Assembly (NCBI GenBank): GCA_016192945.1
Contig: JACPTE010000024.1
Location: forward strand, 16,001 to 80,000
Direction of reading: 5' to 3'
Origin: Candidatus Woesearchaeota archaeon
GTDB lineage: Archaea; Nanobdellota; Nanobdellia; Woesearchaeales; UBA10216
DNA: 64,000 bases
Part shown: piece by piece, positions 29,501 to 39,837 of the stretch
Layout of the letters: every line of letters begins with the position of its first letter
Numbering within the stretch: the first letter of the stretch is position 1
Notes under the pieces: generated by a model
What the model was told of the DNA's origin: nothing
What the model saw: the letters and a program-made list of their open reading frames with translations, nothing else
The model's database searches: none
Translations under genes and position numbers: made by a program

Positions 29501-30345
29501 CAGATTTCACCTATCTCAGAGTTAATCTCCTTAATTGCCCTTATAGCAGCGCCTGCGAAGTCATCTGTCTGCTGTTTCTCGTATGCATAGTTTATTGAGC
29601 TGCTGCTGTTTATCCTGTGCATTGCCAGGCTGCCATTCCTTCTCAGCACATCTGCAACCTCGTTAGCCAGGCCGCCCTGGGTGCCGACTCCTGGAATGAG
29701 CAGCGGAACCTGCTTGCCTGAATTGGCGAAAAATGAGCTTATTTCAGCAAGCTCTCCTGGGCTGGTTGCTCCTGCAACTGCCCCCAAGCCTTCAATATGC
29801 GAATCCAGCAGCTTCCCGGCTACGTGCATATAAACCTTTTTCCCCTCAGCGCTGAGGTCCTGAAAGTCAGAGGCTCCCTTGTTTGAAGTCCTCACAAGCA
29901 AATAAACGCCCTTTCCCTTGCTGCAGTATCTGAGAAAAGGCTCTATGCTGTCAATGCCCATATATGGGGAAACAGTGACTGCATCTGCCTTCCAGAAGCC
30001 AAAAGCCTCCCTTGCATAAGCTTCGCTGCTGCTTCCAATGTCGCCCCTCTTTGCATCAAGAATCACAGGAATTTTGTGGGATTTCGCGATAACAATTACT
30101 TTCTTAAGCGCCCTTAATCCTGAAAACCCATTCTGTGCAAAGAAGGCATAATTGGGCTTGACAGCAACTGGAACCGAATTATTAGAAACAGCAGCTTCAA
30201 TGATTTCTGAAAAGAACTTTACTATCTTCTTTTCAGAGCTCTGCTCCTTTAAGGGAATCCTCTTGACCACAGGGTCTATTCCCATGCACACTATGCTTTT
30301 TGATTCTTGGGCTTTCTCAACCAGAAGCTCTGTGAACGATTTCAT
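29500..30345 (-). CDS. pyrF: Orotidine-5'-phosphate decarboxylase
   Basis: MGIDP, KPNYAFF, LDAKRGDIG, LIPGVGTQGG. Confidence 0.95.
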   Translation of the reverse strand: MKSFTELLVEKAQESKSIVCMGIDPVVKRIPLKEQSSEKKIVKFFSEIIEAAVSNNSVPVAVKPNYAFFAQNGFSGLRALKKVIVIAKSHKIPVILDAKRGDIGSSSEAYAREAFGFWKADAVTVSPYMGIDSIEPFLRYCSKGKGVYLLVRTSNKGASDFQDLSAEGKKVYMHVAGKLLDSHIEGLGAVAGATSPGELAEISSFFANSGKQVPLLIPGVGTQGGLANEVADVLRRNGSLAMHRINSSSSINYAYEKQQTDDFAGAAIRAIKEINSEIGEI

Positions 30346-30348
30346 TAT

Positions 30349-30930
30349 TCAGTCAATCTGCTCATCAATCTTTCTTCGCTTGTTTATCTCTGTCAGGAGC
30401 TTTTTTACAAGCGTGTGCGGGTTCTTGTCGTATATGACAGTTGCCCCTGTTTTCTTGTTCATTATCTTGATGAGCTGCCTTAAGTGGTCTGCTATGCCCC
30501 CCGAGCCCTGCATCACGCCTATAATCTGGCCCTCATCATAGGCGATTGTGAACTCATTGAGCGTTCCAACCCTTCCCGCGACTATTATAGTGGCATCGCA
30601 GTTGGTTACGTTCACCACATTCCTGCCCTTGAACCCGAACCCTGTGAATATTATCACATCATAGTTCTTTGTTGGAAACTTGTACCTCTTTGAGTGCTCT
30701 TCAAGGTTTCCTGCTGGCGATATTCCAATCACAAACCCGTCATTATCCTTTGCTCCTCTGGCTGCATCATCAGGGATTCCCTTGCATGCGCCGTTTATGA
30801 GTATGCAGTTGTGCCTGGCGATTTCCCTGCCTAGCTCGTATGCCAGCTTTTTTGCAGGCAAGGTTATTTTGCCCCCTGTGCCGCGCTCAATGGCAGAGCC
30901 CATTATTCCTATTTTGGGTTTCATCTTCAT
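30349..30930 (-). CDS. LOG/SLOG-family Rossmann protein (TIGR00725-like)
   Basis: IGIMGS, VIGISP, GRNVVN, GRVGTLNE, GSGGIAD; start set at ATG 30930 after AAGAGG. Confidence 0.82.
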   Translation of the reverse strand: MKMKPKIGIMGSAIERGTGGKITLPAKKLAYELGREIARHNCILINGACKGIPDDAARGAKDNDGFVIGISPAGNLEEHSKRYKFPTKNYDVIIFTGFGFKGRNVVNVTNCDATIIVAGRVGTLNEFTIAYDEGQIIGVMQGSGGIADHLRQLIKIMNKKTGATVIYDKNPHTLVKKLLTEINKRRKIDEQID

Positions 30931-30944
30931 GGCCTCTTTATTCT

Positions 30945-31589
30945 TTATTGTAAATTGTCTTTCTTTGCCCATTCTTCAGGGTTTCTGCTCCATTCAAGGG
31001 CAGTTCGCAGCTCTTCTTTTTTAATATATCCTTTTTCTGCTGCAATTTCCACCAGAATGCTGAAATTGCATAGGGAATTCAGCTTGCAGTTCTGGCTGTC
31101 AAAGCCTTTCCTGGCAGCCTCCATTCCATATGTGAATATGGCAATGCAGTTTTCAACAACAGCGCCCTCCTTTCTTGCGGCAGCAACAGCTGACAATGAG
31201 CTGCCGCCTGTGCTTATCAAATCCTCAATAACCAGGACTTTCTGGCCCTGGGAAACCTTGCCTTCAATCAGGTTTTCCCTGCCGTGGTCTTTTGCTTCCT
31301 TCCTGACATATATCATGGGCTTCTTCAGCTTTTCGGCAACAAGAGCAGCCCACGGGATGCTTGCAGTTGCAACACCTGCAATGACATCAGCCTCAACATT
31401 CTCCTTCCTGATTTTTTTCACAAAATACACTGCAATTGCAGAGCGCTCTGCAGGCATGGAGAGCAGCAGCCTGTTATCGCAATACACAGGGCTTAAGATT
31501 CCTGAAACAAACTTGAATGGATTTGAAGGCCTGAGGATAATGGCATTTGATTTCAGCAATATTTCAGCAACTTTCTTTTCATCAGACAT
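30945..31589 (-). CDS. pyrE: Orotate phosphoribosyltransferase
   Basis: SGILSPVYCDNR, YVRKEAKDHG, IEDLISTGGS; start set at ATG 31589. Confidence 0.96.
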   Translation of the reverse strand: MSDEKKVAEILLKSNAIILRPSNPFKFVSGILSPVYCDNRLLLSMPAERSAIAVYFVKKIRKENVEADVIAGVATASIPWAALVAEKLKKPMIYVRKEAKDHGRENLIEGKVSQGQKVLVIEDLISTGGSSLSAVAAARKEGAVVENCIAIFTYGMEAARKGFDSQNCKLNSLCNFSILVEIAAEKGYIKKEELRTALEWSRNPEEWAKKDNLQ

Positions 31590-32898
31590 CAAAATCAGCC
31601 TCTTTTCCAGGGCTATTACTGGCAATTTCGCCGTTATTGAAGACCAGCCTTCCGCAGACAATGGTGTGAGTTACTGCTCCCTTCAGTTTCCACCCGTTGA
31701 ATGGTGACCATCCGCATTTCGTGAAAAGTTCATCGTTTTTTATTGTTTTTGTTTTTTTCATGTCAACAATCGTGAAGTCCCCGTCAAAGCCCTGCTCAAT
31801 CCTTCCCTTGCCTCTTATTCCAAAAACAGAGGCAGGGCTTGATGAAGCCAGCTCAACAAGCTTTTGCAGTGAAAGCGCATTCCTGTTCACGGCATCCAGC
31901 ATAAGGGGCATCATTGTCTCAAGCCCTGGCATTCCGGAAGGGGCGTGCCAGTAATCCTGCTCTTTTTCTTCCCTCAGGTGGGGAGCGTGGTCTGTTGCCA
32001 CCATGTCAATAGTGCCGTCGTTAATGTATTTCCAAAGCTCTGAAATTTCCTTTTCACTCCTCAAAGGAGGATTGACCTTGGCATAATTCCCTAGTTTAGA
32101 GGCCTTTTCAGCAGAAAGGAAAAGATGATGGGGCGTGACTTCGCAGGACAGGGTCATTGAACTTTTGTTTGCCTTTACAGCAGAAGCCTCTCCTGCAGTG
32201 CTGATATGGCAGATGTGCAGCCTTGCACTTTTCTTTTTGGCAATTGAAATGGCGCGCTCAACCTCTGATTTTGCCAGCCTGCTGTCCCTTATTTTGAGGT
32301 GAAATGAAGGAATGTCCCTTATGCATTCATTCCTGTATGCTTTGATATTCCTTTTGATGGCATCCTCGTTCTCTGCATGGGCAGCAATCCTTCTTCCAGC
32401 GCCGAAAATCCCCTCAAGCTGGCTCTCGCCAGTGACAAGCAAATCGCCTGTTGAAGAGCCCATGTAAACCTTCAGGGCAGCAATGTTCCCTGCCTTTTTA
32501 ATCTCGCCAAGATTGCTGGTTGCTGCACCGAAATGGAAGCCGAAGTTGACGATGCATCTCTCAGAAGCTATCCTTCTTTTCTCGTCAAGCAGTTTTACAG
32601 AAGTAGTCGGGGGGCTTGAGTTGGGCATGTCAATGAATGTTGTAACGCCGCCTGCTGCTGCAGCCATGCTGGCAGAGCGGAAGTCCTCTTTCCCTGTGAG
32701 CCCGGGCTCCCTGCAATGGACATGGGCATCAATAACTCCGGGGAGGGCAATATTTCCGCGGGCGTCAACAATCTCATCAGAGGATTTTATTGATGATGGT
32801 GCGCTTATCTTTTCTATTTTCCCAAGCTCATTAACAAGTATTCCCTTATTTTCAAGCCTGTCACCAACAAGAATTTTGCAGTTTTTTAATAACAACAT
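31582..32898 (-). CDS. pyrC: Dihydroorotase
   Basis: IDAHVHCREPG, DMPN, CEVTPHHL, VNPPLR, ATDHAPH. Confidence 0.95.
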   Translation of the reverse strand: MLLLKNCKILVGDRLENKGILVNELGKIEKISAPSSIKSSDEIVDARGNIALPGVIDAHVHCREPGLTGKEDFRSASMAAAAGGVTTFIDMPNSSPPTTSVKLLDEKRRIASERCIVNFGFHFGAATSNLGEIKKAGNIAALKVYMGSSTGDLLVTGESQLEGIFGAGRRIAAHAENEDAIKRNIKAYRNECIRDIPSFHLKIRDSRLAKSEVERAISIAKKKSARLHICHISTAGEASAVKANKSSMTLSCEVTPHHLFLSAEKASKLGNYAKVNPPLRSEKEISELWKYINDGTIDMVATDHAPHLREEKEQDYWHAPSGMPGLETMMPLMLDAVNRNALSLQKLVELASSSPASVFGIRGKGRIEQGFDGDFTIVDMKKTKTIKNDELFTKCGWSPFNGWKLKGAVTHTIVCGRLVFNNGEIASNSPGKEADFDV

Positions 32899-32905
32899 GG
32901 CAATC

Positions 32906-33712
32906 CTAAAGCTTTTCCTTCCTGCTGCTCTTGACTCTGTGATAGCTGCCTAGCTCTGAAATTTTAGCTGCCTGTGCGCTGCTGATGACTGGCCCTTCAG
33001 CACAGGCCCTGATTCCGATTGGGTCAACGCAGCAATGGCCGCACAATCCAAACCCGCATTTCATGTAACGCTCGATGCTGACTTCACAATCAATTTTGTT
33101 TTCATTGCAGATATCCGAAACTGCCTTAAGCATCCTGTCAGGGCCGCAGGCATAAACCCTGTCCACTTTTTGGGCTTTGAACAAATTTTTCAGTGCGTCA
33201 GTCACAAATCCCTTGATGCCTGCACTTCCGTCATCTGTTGTAATTATTAAATTTCCGCTTCCCAGTAATTTTTTTATGCGGTCAGCATAAACAAGCCTTG
33301 CTTTGGAGCGGGCGCCAAGTATGAATTTGACATTGCAGCCTTTTGACACTGCCTCTTCTGCAAGCATGGTAAGCGACGCAGAACCATAGCCTCCGCCAGC
33401 CATGACCAGTTGTTTTGAATTTTTTCCAAGATTATACCCCCTTCCGTATGGCCCCCTGATGCCTACTTTGTCGCCTTCCTTCATTGAGGAAAGCCTGTTT
33501 GAAAAGGGGCCGACTGCAGCAACAGTCAATCCAATCTCGCCTTTTTTCTGGTCGGAATAGCTGACAGCAAATGGCTTTTCATCAATTCCCGGAATCCAGA
33601 GCATTACAAACTGGCCTGGCTTTGCAACCATAGAATGTCTGAGGAAAATGGTTTTTATCCCCTCAGCTTCATCCTTGATTCCCGAAATCCGGATTATTTT
33701 TGGCCTTTCCAT
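32906..33712 (-). CDS. pyrK: Dihydroorotate dehydrogenase electron-transfer subunit
   Basis: PGQFVMLW, RGPYGRG, GGGYG, ACGP, MKCGFGLCGHC. Confidence 0.94.
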   Translation of the reverse strand: MERPKIIRISGIKDEAEGIKTIFLRHSMVAKPGQFVMLWIPGIDEKPFAVSYSDQKKGEIGLTVAAVGPFSNRLSSMKEGDKVGIRGPYGRGYNLGKNSKQLVMAGGGYGSASLTMLAEEAVSKGCNVKFILGARSKARLVYADRIKKLLGSGNLIITTDDGSAGIKGFVTDALKNLFKAQKVDRVYACGPDRMLKAVSDICNENKIDCEVSIERYMKCGFGLCGHCCVDPIGIRACAEGPVISSAQAAKISELGSYHRVKSSRKEKL

Positions 33713-33727
33713 TTTAAGTATCGTAAA

Positions 33728-34651
33728 TTATTTATGGGCAGCTCCTACCATTTCTTTTATTGATGAGTAGCCATTCCTTTGCATTATTTCCTCCATTTCA
33801 GCTGTTACCTTCCTGAAGACATCAATGCCCCTGTAATAAATGCCGGTTCCTATCTCAACAGCGCAGGCACCTGCCATTATGAACTCAACAGCATCCTCGC
33901 CTGTTGTGACTCCGCCAATGCCGATTATAGGAACCTTAACAGCCTTGTGGATTTCATAAACGCAGTTGACAGCCACAGGCTTTAATGCAGGGCCGCTGAC
34001 CCCTCCCTGCCTGTTATGCAGGACAGGCCTTGCGACATCAACATTGATGACCATCCCCGGCATCGTATTTATTGCTGAAATTGCATCAGCACCCGCTTCA
34101 ACAACTGCCCTCGCAACTTTCTTTATGTCCGGGACATTGGGAGCCAGCTTTGCAATAATTGGAACTTTTGTTTTTGACTTTACAATACGTATGACCTCGG
34201 CAGCCGCTTTCTCATTCAAGGCAAAAGCCTCGCCGAAATCACTCGCAGTATTAGGGCAGGACAGGTTAATTTCCAGCATCTGAGGATTCAGCGTTGAAAG
34301 CCTTTCAGCAACATAGCCGAATTCCTCTTTCGTGCCTCCAAAAAGGCTGGGAAAAACAGGAACGCCTGCGTTTTTCATCGCAAACTCTATTTCACCAAGG
34401 CTGTTGTCAACGCCGGAATTGGGAAGCCCCACAGCGTTAAGGAAACCCTTGTCAAACTCCACAAGAACAGGGTTTGCGTGCCCTTCCCTTTCTTTGGGAC
34501 CCAATGATTTGGGAACAATGGCACCAGCACCTTTCTTTGCCGCATAAACACAGGCAGCGCCTGATACTCCCATCACTCCGGAAGCAAGAATAGTGGGGTT
34601 TGAAAGCCTTATGTTCAGTATTTTCGTGCTGAGGTCAATTTGCATTTTCAT
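33728..34651 (-). CDS. pyrD: Dihydroorotate dehydrogenase class 1B catalytic subunit
   Basis: NAVGLPNSG, EINLSCPN, KLAPN, GGVSGPALKP, IGIGG. Confidence 0.96.
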   Translation of the reverse strand: MKMQIDLSTKILNIRLSNPTILASGVMGVSGAACVYAAKKGAGAIVPKSLGPKEREGHANPVLVEFDKGFLNAVGLPNSGVDNSLGEIEFAMKNAGVPVFPSLFGGTKEEFGYVAERLSTLNPQMLEINLSCPNTASDFGEAFALNEKAAAEVIRIVKSKTKVPIIAKLAPNVPDIKKVARAVVEAGADAISAINTMPGMVINVDVARPVLHNRQGGVSGPALKPVAVNCVYEIHKAVKVPIIGIGGVTTGEDAVEFIMAGACAVEIGTGIYYRGIDVFRKVTAEMEEIMQRNGYSSIKEMVGAAHK

Positions 34652-34662
34652 CCTTATAACAG

Positions 34663-34947
34663 TTAAAGTACTTCTCTTGCAGTTTGTAGTGCTCTTTTGA
34701 CATCTTCCTTTTCCAGGTTTAGGTCAACATTGTGCTCACCAAGCAGGTCAATGAACTCACTCAAAACAACACCTGCAAGCTTTGCGCCAAGCCCTAAGCT
34801 TACCTTTTTCATCTTGTAGAGTTCGACTGCTTTTTCCTTTTTCCCCGATTCCACAAGATTCCTGACTACTTCTGAACGATTCTTCTTCAAAACCCTGCTG
34901 AAATTGTCAAGCAGTTCAGTATCCGGCCTTGCAGAGATGATTTTCAT
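34663..34947 (-). CDS. UPF0175-family (RHH/HTH) protein, antitoxin-like
   Basis: NRSEVVR, AVELYK..KVSLG.GAKLAGV..SEFIDLL. Confidence 0.75.
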   Translation of the reverse strand: MKIISARPDTELLDNFSRVLKKNRSEVVRNLVESGKKEKAVELYKMKKVSLGLGAKLAGVVLSEFIDLLGEHNVDLNLEKEDVKRALQTAREVL

Positions 34948-34979
34948 CTTATTGAACCATATAAATGTTTCTTAGTATA

Positions 34980-37900
34980 TCAATACTCATCCCGCGGCTT
35001 GATTTCCAGTTCAGACTCCTTCACTGAAGTTATTGCCTCTGCCAGCATTCTTGCCAGCTGGAGGTTTGTGATAAGCGGGATTGAAAAGTCAGCCGCCTTT
35101 CTCCTTATGACATATTCATCATCCAATTCTTCCTGTGTGAAAGCGCTTGGAATGTTAATCACCAGCTCAAGCTTGTTGCCATTGGTTCCGTTCAGGAACT
35201 CAATAATGTTAGGGCTCTTGTTCTCGTGAACCTTGTATAGAATGGTTGAGCTTATTCCATTTTCCCCCAGGAATAATCCTGTGTGCTCAGTTGAAAACAG
35301 CTTGAATCCTGCATTGTCAAGGATTTTAGCGAATGGCAGGAACTTATACCTTGATTTGTCACCGCCAATGCTTACAAGGATATTCTTCTTTGGAAGCTTT
35401 GAGCCTGCTGCAATTATCGCCTTCAGATATGCATCATAAACGTTCTTTCCAAGGCAGGCTACTTCGCCGGTAGAAGCCATCTCAACGCTTGCAATGGGGT
35501 CGGCGCCTTTAAGCCTTGCAAAGGAAAACTGGGGGGATTTGACTCCTGCAAAAGAAACTCCTGCAGATGCATCTCCGTGGTCTTCATGTGATTTTCCAGC
35601 AATCACGTTTGTAGAAATCTCGGCAAAATTCTTCCCGGAAATCTTGGAAACAAAAGGAAAGCTCCTTGAAGCGCGCAAGTTGCATTCTATGACCTTTATT
35701 TCATTGTCTCTTGCAAGGAACTGTATGTTAAAAGGCCCTGTGATTTTCAATTCTGAAGCGATTCTTCTTGCAATATCCTCAATCTGCCTTGAGGTTTCAG
35801 TGTATATTTTCTTGGCAGGGAAAACCATTGTAGCGTCTCCGGAATGTGTGCCTGCGTTCTCAATGTGCTCTGTGACTGCAAACAGGGTTATCTTCCCGTT
35901 GTCAGCGACTGCATCAAGCTCAATTTCCTTTGCATTGATTATGAACTTGCTTATCACAACAGGATACTCGCTGCTGACTTTGGAAGCCTTTGTAAGGTAA
36001 AGCTCAAGGTCATTGTCGTTGAAGGCGATGTTCATTGCAGCGCCGCTCAGCACGTAAGAGGGGCGGACAAGCACGGGGTATCCTGCATTTTTTGCAAACT
36101 CTGTCGCATCATTTATGTTTGTAAGCTCTTTCCATTTTGGCTGGTCAATGTTCAGCTTGTCAAGCATCTTTGAGAATTTCTGCCTGTCTTCAGCCCTGTC
36201 AATGCTTTCAGCGCTTGTGCCGAGAATTTTCACTCCGGCAGAAGAAAGCTTCATTGCAATGTTGTTTGGAATCTGGCCGCCCATTGAGATAATCACGCCT
36301 TCTGGCTGCTCCAGCCCATAAATGTCCATCACAGTTTCAGCGCTTATTTCGTCAAAATAAAGCTTGTCGCAGACATCATAATCAGTGCTGACAGTCTCCG
36401 GATTATAGTTAATCATAATGGTTTCATATCCGATATTTCTCAATGCCCTGACTGAATTCACACAGCACCAGTCAAACTCAACCGAGCTGCCTATCCTGTA
36501 AACACCAGAGCCGATGACAATCACTTTCTTTTTTTTGCTTATGAAATCAATGTCATGCTCAGTTGCGTTATAAGTGAAGTACAGGTAGTTTGTTACAGCA
36601 GGATATTCAGCAGCGAGAGTGTCTATCTGCTTTACAAACGGGACAATATTGTTTTCTTTTCTTATCTGCCTTATTTCTGAAAAAGGAACGCCTGTGATTA
36701 CTGAAATCTGTTTGTCGCTGAAACCCTGCTTTTTGGCTCTTTCCAGAATTTCTGGAGCAGGCCCGTATGAAATCAGCTGTTTTTCAGTCTCTATTACATT
36801 CGCGATTTTATGAAGGAACCATTTGCCAATTCCGGTTTTTTTATGGATTAGCTCTATTGAATAGCCTTCCATTAAGGCCTGGACAACAGCGAACAAACGC
36901 TCATCAGTTGGAGACTCAAGCTCCTTATCCACATCATATGAAAAATCATTCCCAACCAGCCCGTGCGCACGGATGTCAAGCATCCTTACAGCTTTCTGGA
37001 TTGCCTCCTCAAAAGTCCTTCCAATCGCCATGACTTCTCCAACGCTTTTCATAGAGCTGCCTATATTTCTTGAAACATGCCTGAACTTCTTCAGGTCCCA
37101 TCTGGGGATTTTTACGACAACATAGTCAAGTGCCGGCTCAAAGCATGCTACAGTCTTCTGAGTGATTGAATTTTTTATTTCAGCCAGCGAATATCCCAGC
37201 GCCAGTTTTGCAGCGACAAAAGCAAGAGGGTAGCCAGTTGCCTTTGAAGCAAGGGCAGAACTCCTTGAAAGCCGGGCATTCACTTCTATAATCCTGTAAT
37301 CGTCAGACTCCTTGCCCAACGCATACTGGATATTGCATTCCCCAACAATGCCCAGGTGCCTAATCAGCTTAATGGAAATCTCGCGCAGATTGTGGTATTC
37401 TTTGTTGTCCAATGTCTGTGAAGGCGCAACCACGATGCTATCGCCTGTATGGATGCCCATTGGGTCAAGATTTTCCATGTTGCAGACAGTGATGCAATTG
37501 TCATATGCATCCCGAACAACTTCATATTCAATTTCCTTCCAGTGCTCAAGATACTCTTCAACCAAAATCTGGGGGGAATTTGAAAAAGCCTGCGCTGCAG
37601 TCTCAATAATGTCGGAATCATTCCTGCAGAGGCCGCTGCCCAACCCGCCGAGGGCATAAGCTGCCCTTATCATCACAGGATAGCCAAGCTTGTTTGCTGC
37701 AGTGATTGCATCAGCTATTTTGTTGACTGCATGGCTTTTGGGCGTTTTCAGGCCTATTTCACTTAATTTTTTCACAAACAATTCACGGTCTTCAGTTGCC
37801 TTTATTGCTTCAACAGGCGTGCCGAGGACCTTCACTCCGTATTTCCCAAGAACGCCAGAATCATGCAAGGCAACGCCGCAGTTTAATGCAGTCTGGCCTC

Positions 37901-38168
37901 CGAAGCCCAATAAAATGCCTTCTGGCCTTTCCTTCTTGATTATTTTTTCTACAAATTCTGGAGTGATTGGAAGAAAATATACCTTATCTGCCATTTTCTC
38001 GTCGGATTGGACTGTGGCAATGTTCGCATTTACAAGCACTACTTCTATGCCCTCCTCGCGCAAACTTTTCTCGGCTTGTGCTCCACTATAGTCAAATTCT
38101 CCTCCTTGACCAATGGAAAGGGCTCCAGATCCCAATATCAATATTTTTTTTATTTCAGTTTTTTCCAT
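34980..38168 (-). CDS. carB: Carbamoyl-phosphate synthase large subunit
   Basis: GSGALSIGQGGEFDYSG, GIHTGDS, IEVNARLSRSSALASKATG, second half GSGVYRIGSSVEFDW, MGS domain. Confidence 0.98.
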   Translation of the reverse strand: MEKTEIKKILILGSGALSIGQGGEFDYSGAQAEKSLREEGIEVVLVNANIATVQSDEKMADKVYFLPITPEFVEKIIKKERPEGILLGFGGQTALNCGVALHDSGVLGKYGVKVLGTPVEAIKATEDRELFVKKLSEIGLKTPKSHAVNKIADAITAANKLGYPVMIRAAYALGGLGSGLCRNDSDIIETAAQAFSNSPQILVEEYLEHWKEIEYEVVRDAYDNCITVCNMENLDPMGIHTGDSIVVAPSQTLDNKEYHNLREISIKLIRHLGIVGECNIQYALGKESDDYRIIEVNARLSRSSALASKATGYPLAFVAAKLALGYSLAEIKNSITQKTVACFEPALDYVVVKIPRWDLKKFRHVSRNIGSSMKSVGEVMAIGRTFEEAIQKAVRMLDIRAHGLVGNDFSYDVDKELESPTDERLFAVVQALMEGYSIELIHKKTGIGKWFLHKIANVIETEKQLISYGPAPEILERAKKQGFSDKQISVITGVPFSEIRQIRKENNIVPFVKQIDTLAAEYPAVTNYLYFTYNATEHDIDFISKKKKVIVIGSGVYRIGSSVEFDWCCVNSVRALRNIGYETIMINYNPETVSTDYDVCDKLYFDEISAETVMDIYGLEQPEGVIISMGGQIPNNIAMKLSSAGVKILGTSAESIDRAEDRQKFSKMLDKLNIDQPKWKELTNINDATEFAKNAGYPVLVRPSYVLSGAAMNIAFNDNDLELYLTKASKVSSEYPVVISKFIINAKEIELDAVADNGKITLFAVTEHIENAGTHSGDATMVFPAKKIYTETSRQIEDIARRIASELKITGPFNIQFLARDNEIKVIECNLRASRSFPFVSKISGKNFAEISTNVIAGKSHEDHGDASAGVSFAGVKSPQFSFARLKGADPIASVEMASTGEVACLGKNVYDAYLKAIIAAGSKLPKKNILVSIGGDKSRYKFLPFAKILDNAGFKLFSTEHTGLFLGENGISSTILYKVHENKSPNIIEFLNGTNGNKLELVINIPSAFTQEELDDEYVIRRKAADFSIPLITNLQLARMLAEAITSVKESELEIKPRDEY

Positions 38169-39837
38169 TGTGCCTCAAATACTCGCGGAATACATCAACA
38201 GCAGAGGGAGAAAGCTTTCCTTCAGCAAGAAATTCTCTTACTTCACCGATGCCCATAAACCTTCCCTCAGCGACTTCAGAACTGTCAAGGGTGATTGGGC
38301 CGTTGTAAACGCACTTGAAGACAGACCTGTGTACATTGTTCTCTTTTCTGTTTGACCTCAGCTTGAACATAAGGGAAAGCTTTGCTCCAGTAATTCCCGC
38401 CTCCTCAAAGAGCTCCCTCTTTGCAGCCTCCTCGTAACTCTCGCCAGACCTTACTGAACCGCCGAATTTGACATCCCACAATCCGGGATAAAGCTTTAGG
38501 TGGGTGGCTCTCATGTGGACAAAAAGCTCTGCTTTTGAATTGAACACCATTGTGTTTGAAGTGCGGTGAAGGAGGCTGTTTTCCATTATTTCCTTCCACG
38601 GAACACTTCGTATCACTGCATCTGACTCGTCAACAATGTCAATAAATTCCTCATGCGAATCCCTGAATTTAAGGAGATTGGTAAGCAAGTCAGGGCGATT
38701 GCTGGATATGATGTCTGGCCCAAGCCCGATCATTGAATTGATATCCTCCTCTGTATCAGGATTCCAGACTCCAACTTTAAGCCCGTTTTTCCTGCAGTCG
38801 CTCATTATCTTCCTGTTTATGAATTTAAAATTGTGAAGAAGGATGCTTGCCCCGGCATCCTTTGCCAGCTCAATATTATTCTCTGTTTTAACGCATATGA
38901 GGCCTGTTTCAAGATTGCTTATGCTCCTGGCCTTTCTTAGCCTTTCATGGTTAAACGAAATTACGACAACAGTTTTCTCTGCCTTTCCTCGTTTCACAGC
39001 ATCAACAACCTGCTCCTCAAGAGAATCATCCTTCAGCTCAACATGAAGGATAACTTTGCCTTTTATCACAGATATCACTTCATCAAGAGTGGGTATCTTT
39101 TCGCCTTTTCCTGCATCCAGCTTCCTAAGCTCAGCCAACGTAAAGTCTGACACCTTTCCCCTGCCGTTGGTAGTTCTGTCCAGTGTAACGTCATGAATGA
39201 CCGCAGCCTTGCCATCCTTTGTAATCCTCACGTCTATCTCCACCATATCTACGCCAAGCTCAATGCCCTTCCTGATTGCCCTAATTGTGTTCTCAGGCTC
39301 CAAGATTCCGGCTCCCCTGTGGCCTGTCACTTTTATCTTCTTAAGTTCAAGATATCCTTTGAATGTGACTTCTGCCCCGGGACTTAATTTCCCCCTGTCA
39401 AGATATTCTTTCATCTCTCCTTCAGCCAAAAACCTGATTTCGTCTATTTCTTCATCCTGCTTTCTTATATGGCCATCGTAAACTATCCTGTAAACCTGAT
39501 AGTTGGCATTGGCTTTTTGTGAACGGAGCTTTGCATTGAAAATGCATTCAAGCTCTTTTGCTTCAATCCCCAGCTCTTCCTTTAGCTCCCTGATTGCTGT
39601 CTCTTCGTAAGACTCCCCTGTTTCCAGAGTGCCCGCTATTCCGATATCCCACATTCCAGGGTAAACATCCTTCTTCATTGACCTTTTCTGGGCAAGGAGC
39701 TTTCCTTCAGAATTGAGAACAATAACCCTTGCAACCCTGTTAAGAAGCGCTCCTTTCCTTACCTCTGCTCTTGTAGCCTGCCCGATGACCTCACCAGCTT
39801 CATTTATCAAATCGATAATTTCTCCCATTTTATTCAC
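38155..39837 (-). CDS. Nudix - glycerophosphodiester phosphodiesterase - Nudix triple-domain fusion
   Basis: Nudix boxes GTLETGESYEETAIRELKEELG and GSVRSGESYEEAAKRELFEEAG flank GDPD motifs GHRGA, PENT, VEIDV, IHD, HVELK. Confidence 0.9.
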   Translation of the reverse strand: MNKMGEIIDLINEAGEVIGQATRAEVRKGALLNRVARVIVLNSEGKLLAQKRSMKKDVYPGMWDIGIAGTLETGESYEETAIRELKEELGIEAKELECIFNAKLRSQKANANYQVYRIVYDGHIRKQDEEIDEIRFLAEGEMKEYLDRGKLSPGAEVTFKGYLELKKIKVTGHRGAGILEPENTIRAIRKGIELGVDMVEIDVRITKDGKAAVIHDVTLDRTTNGRGKVSDFTLAELRKLDAGKGEKIPTLDEVISVIKGKVILHVELKDDSLEEQVVDAVKRGKAEKTVVVISFNHERLRKARSISNLETGLICVKTENNIELAKDAGASILLHNFKFINRKIMSDCRKNGLKVGVWNPDTEEDINSMIGLGPDIISSNRPDLLTNLLKFRDSHEEFIDIVDESDAVIRSVPWKEIMENSLLHRTSNTMVFNSKAELFVHMRATHLKLYPGLWDVKFGGSVRSGESYEEAAKRELFEEAGITGAKLSLMFKLRSNRKENNVHRSVFKCVYNGPITLDSSEVAEGRFMGIGEVREFLAEGKLSPSAVDVFREYLRHNGKN

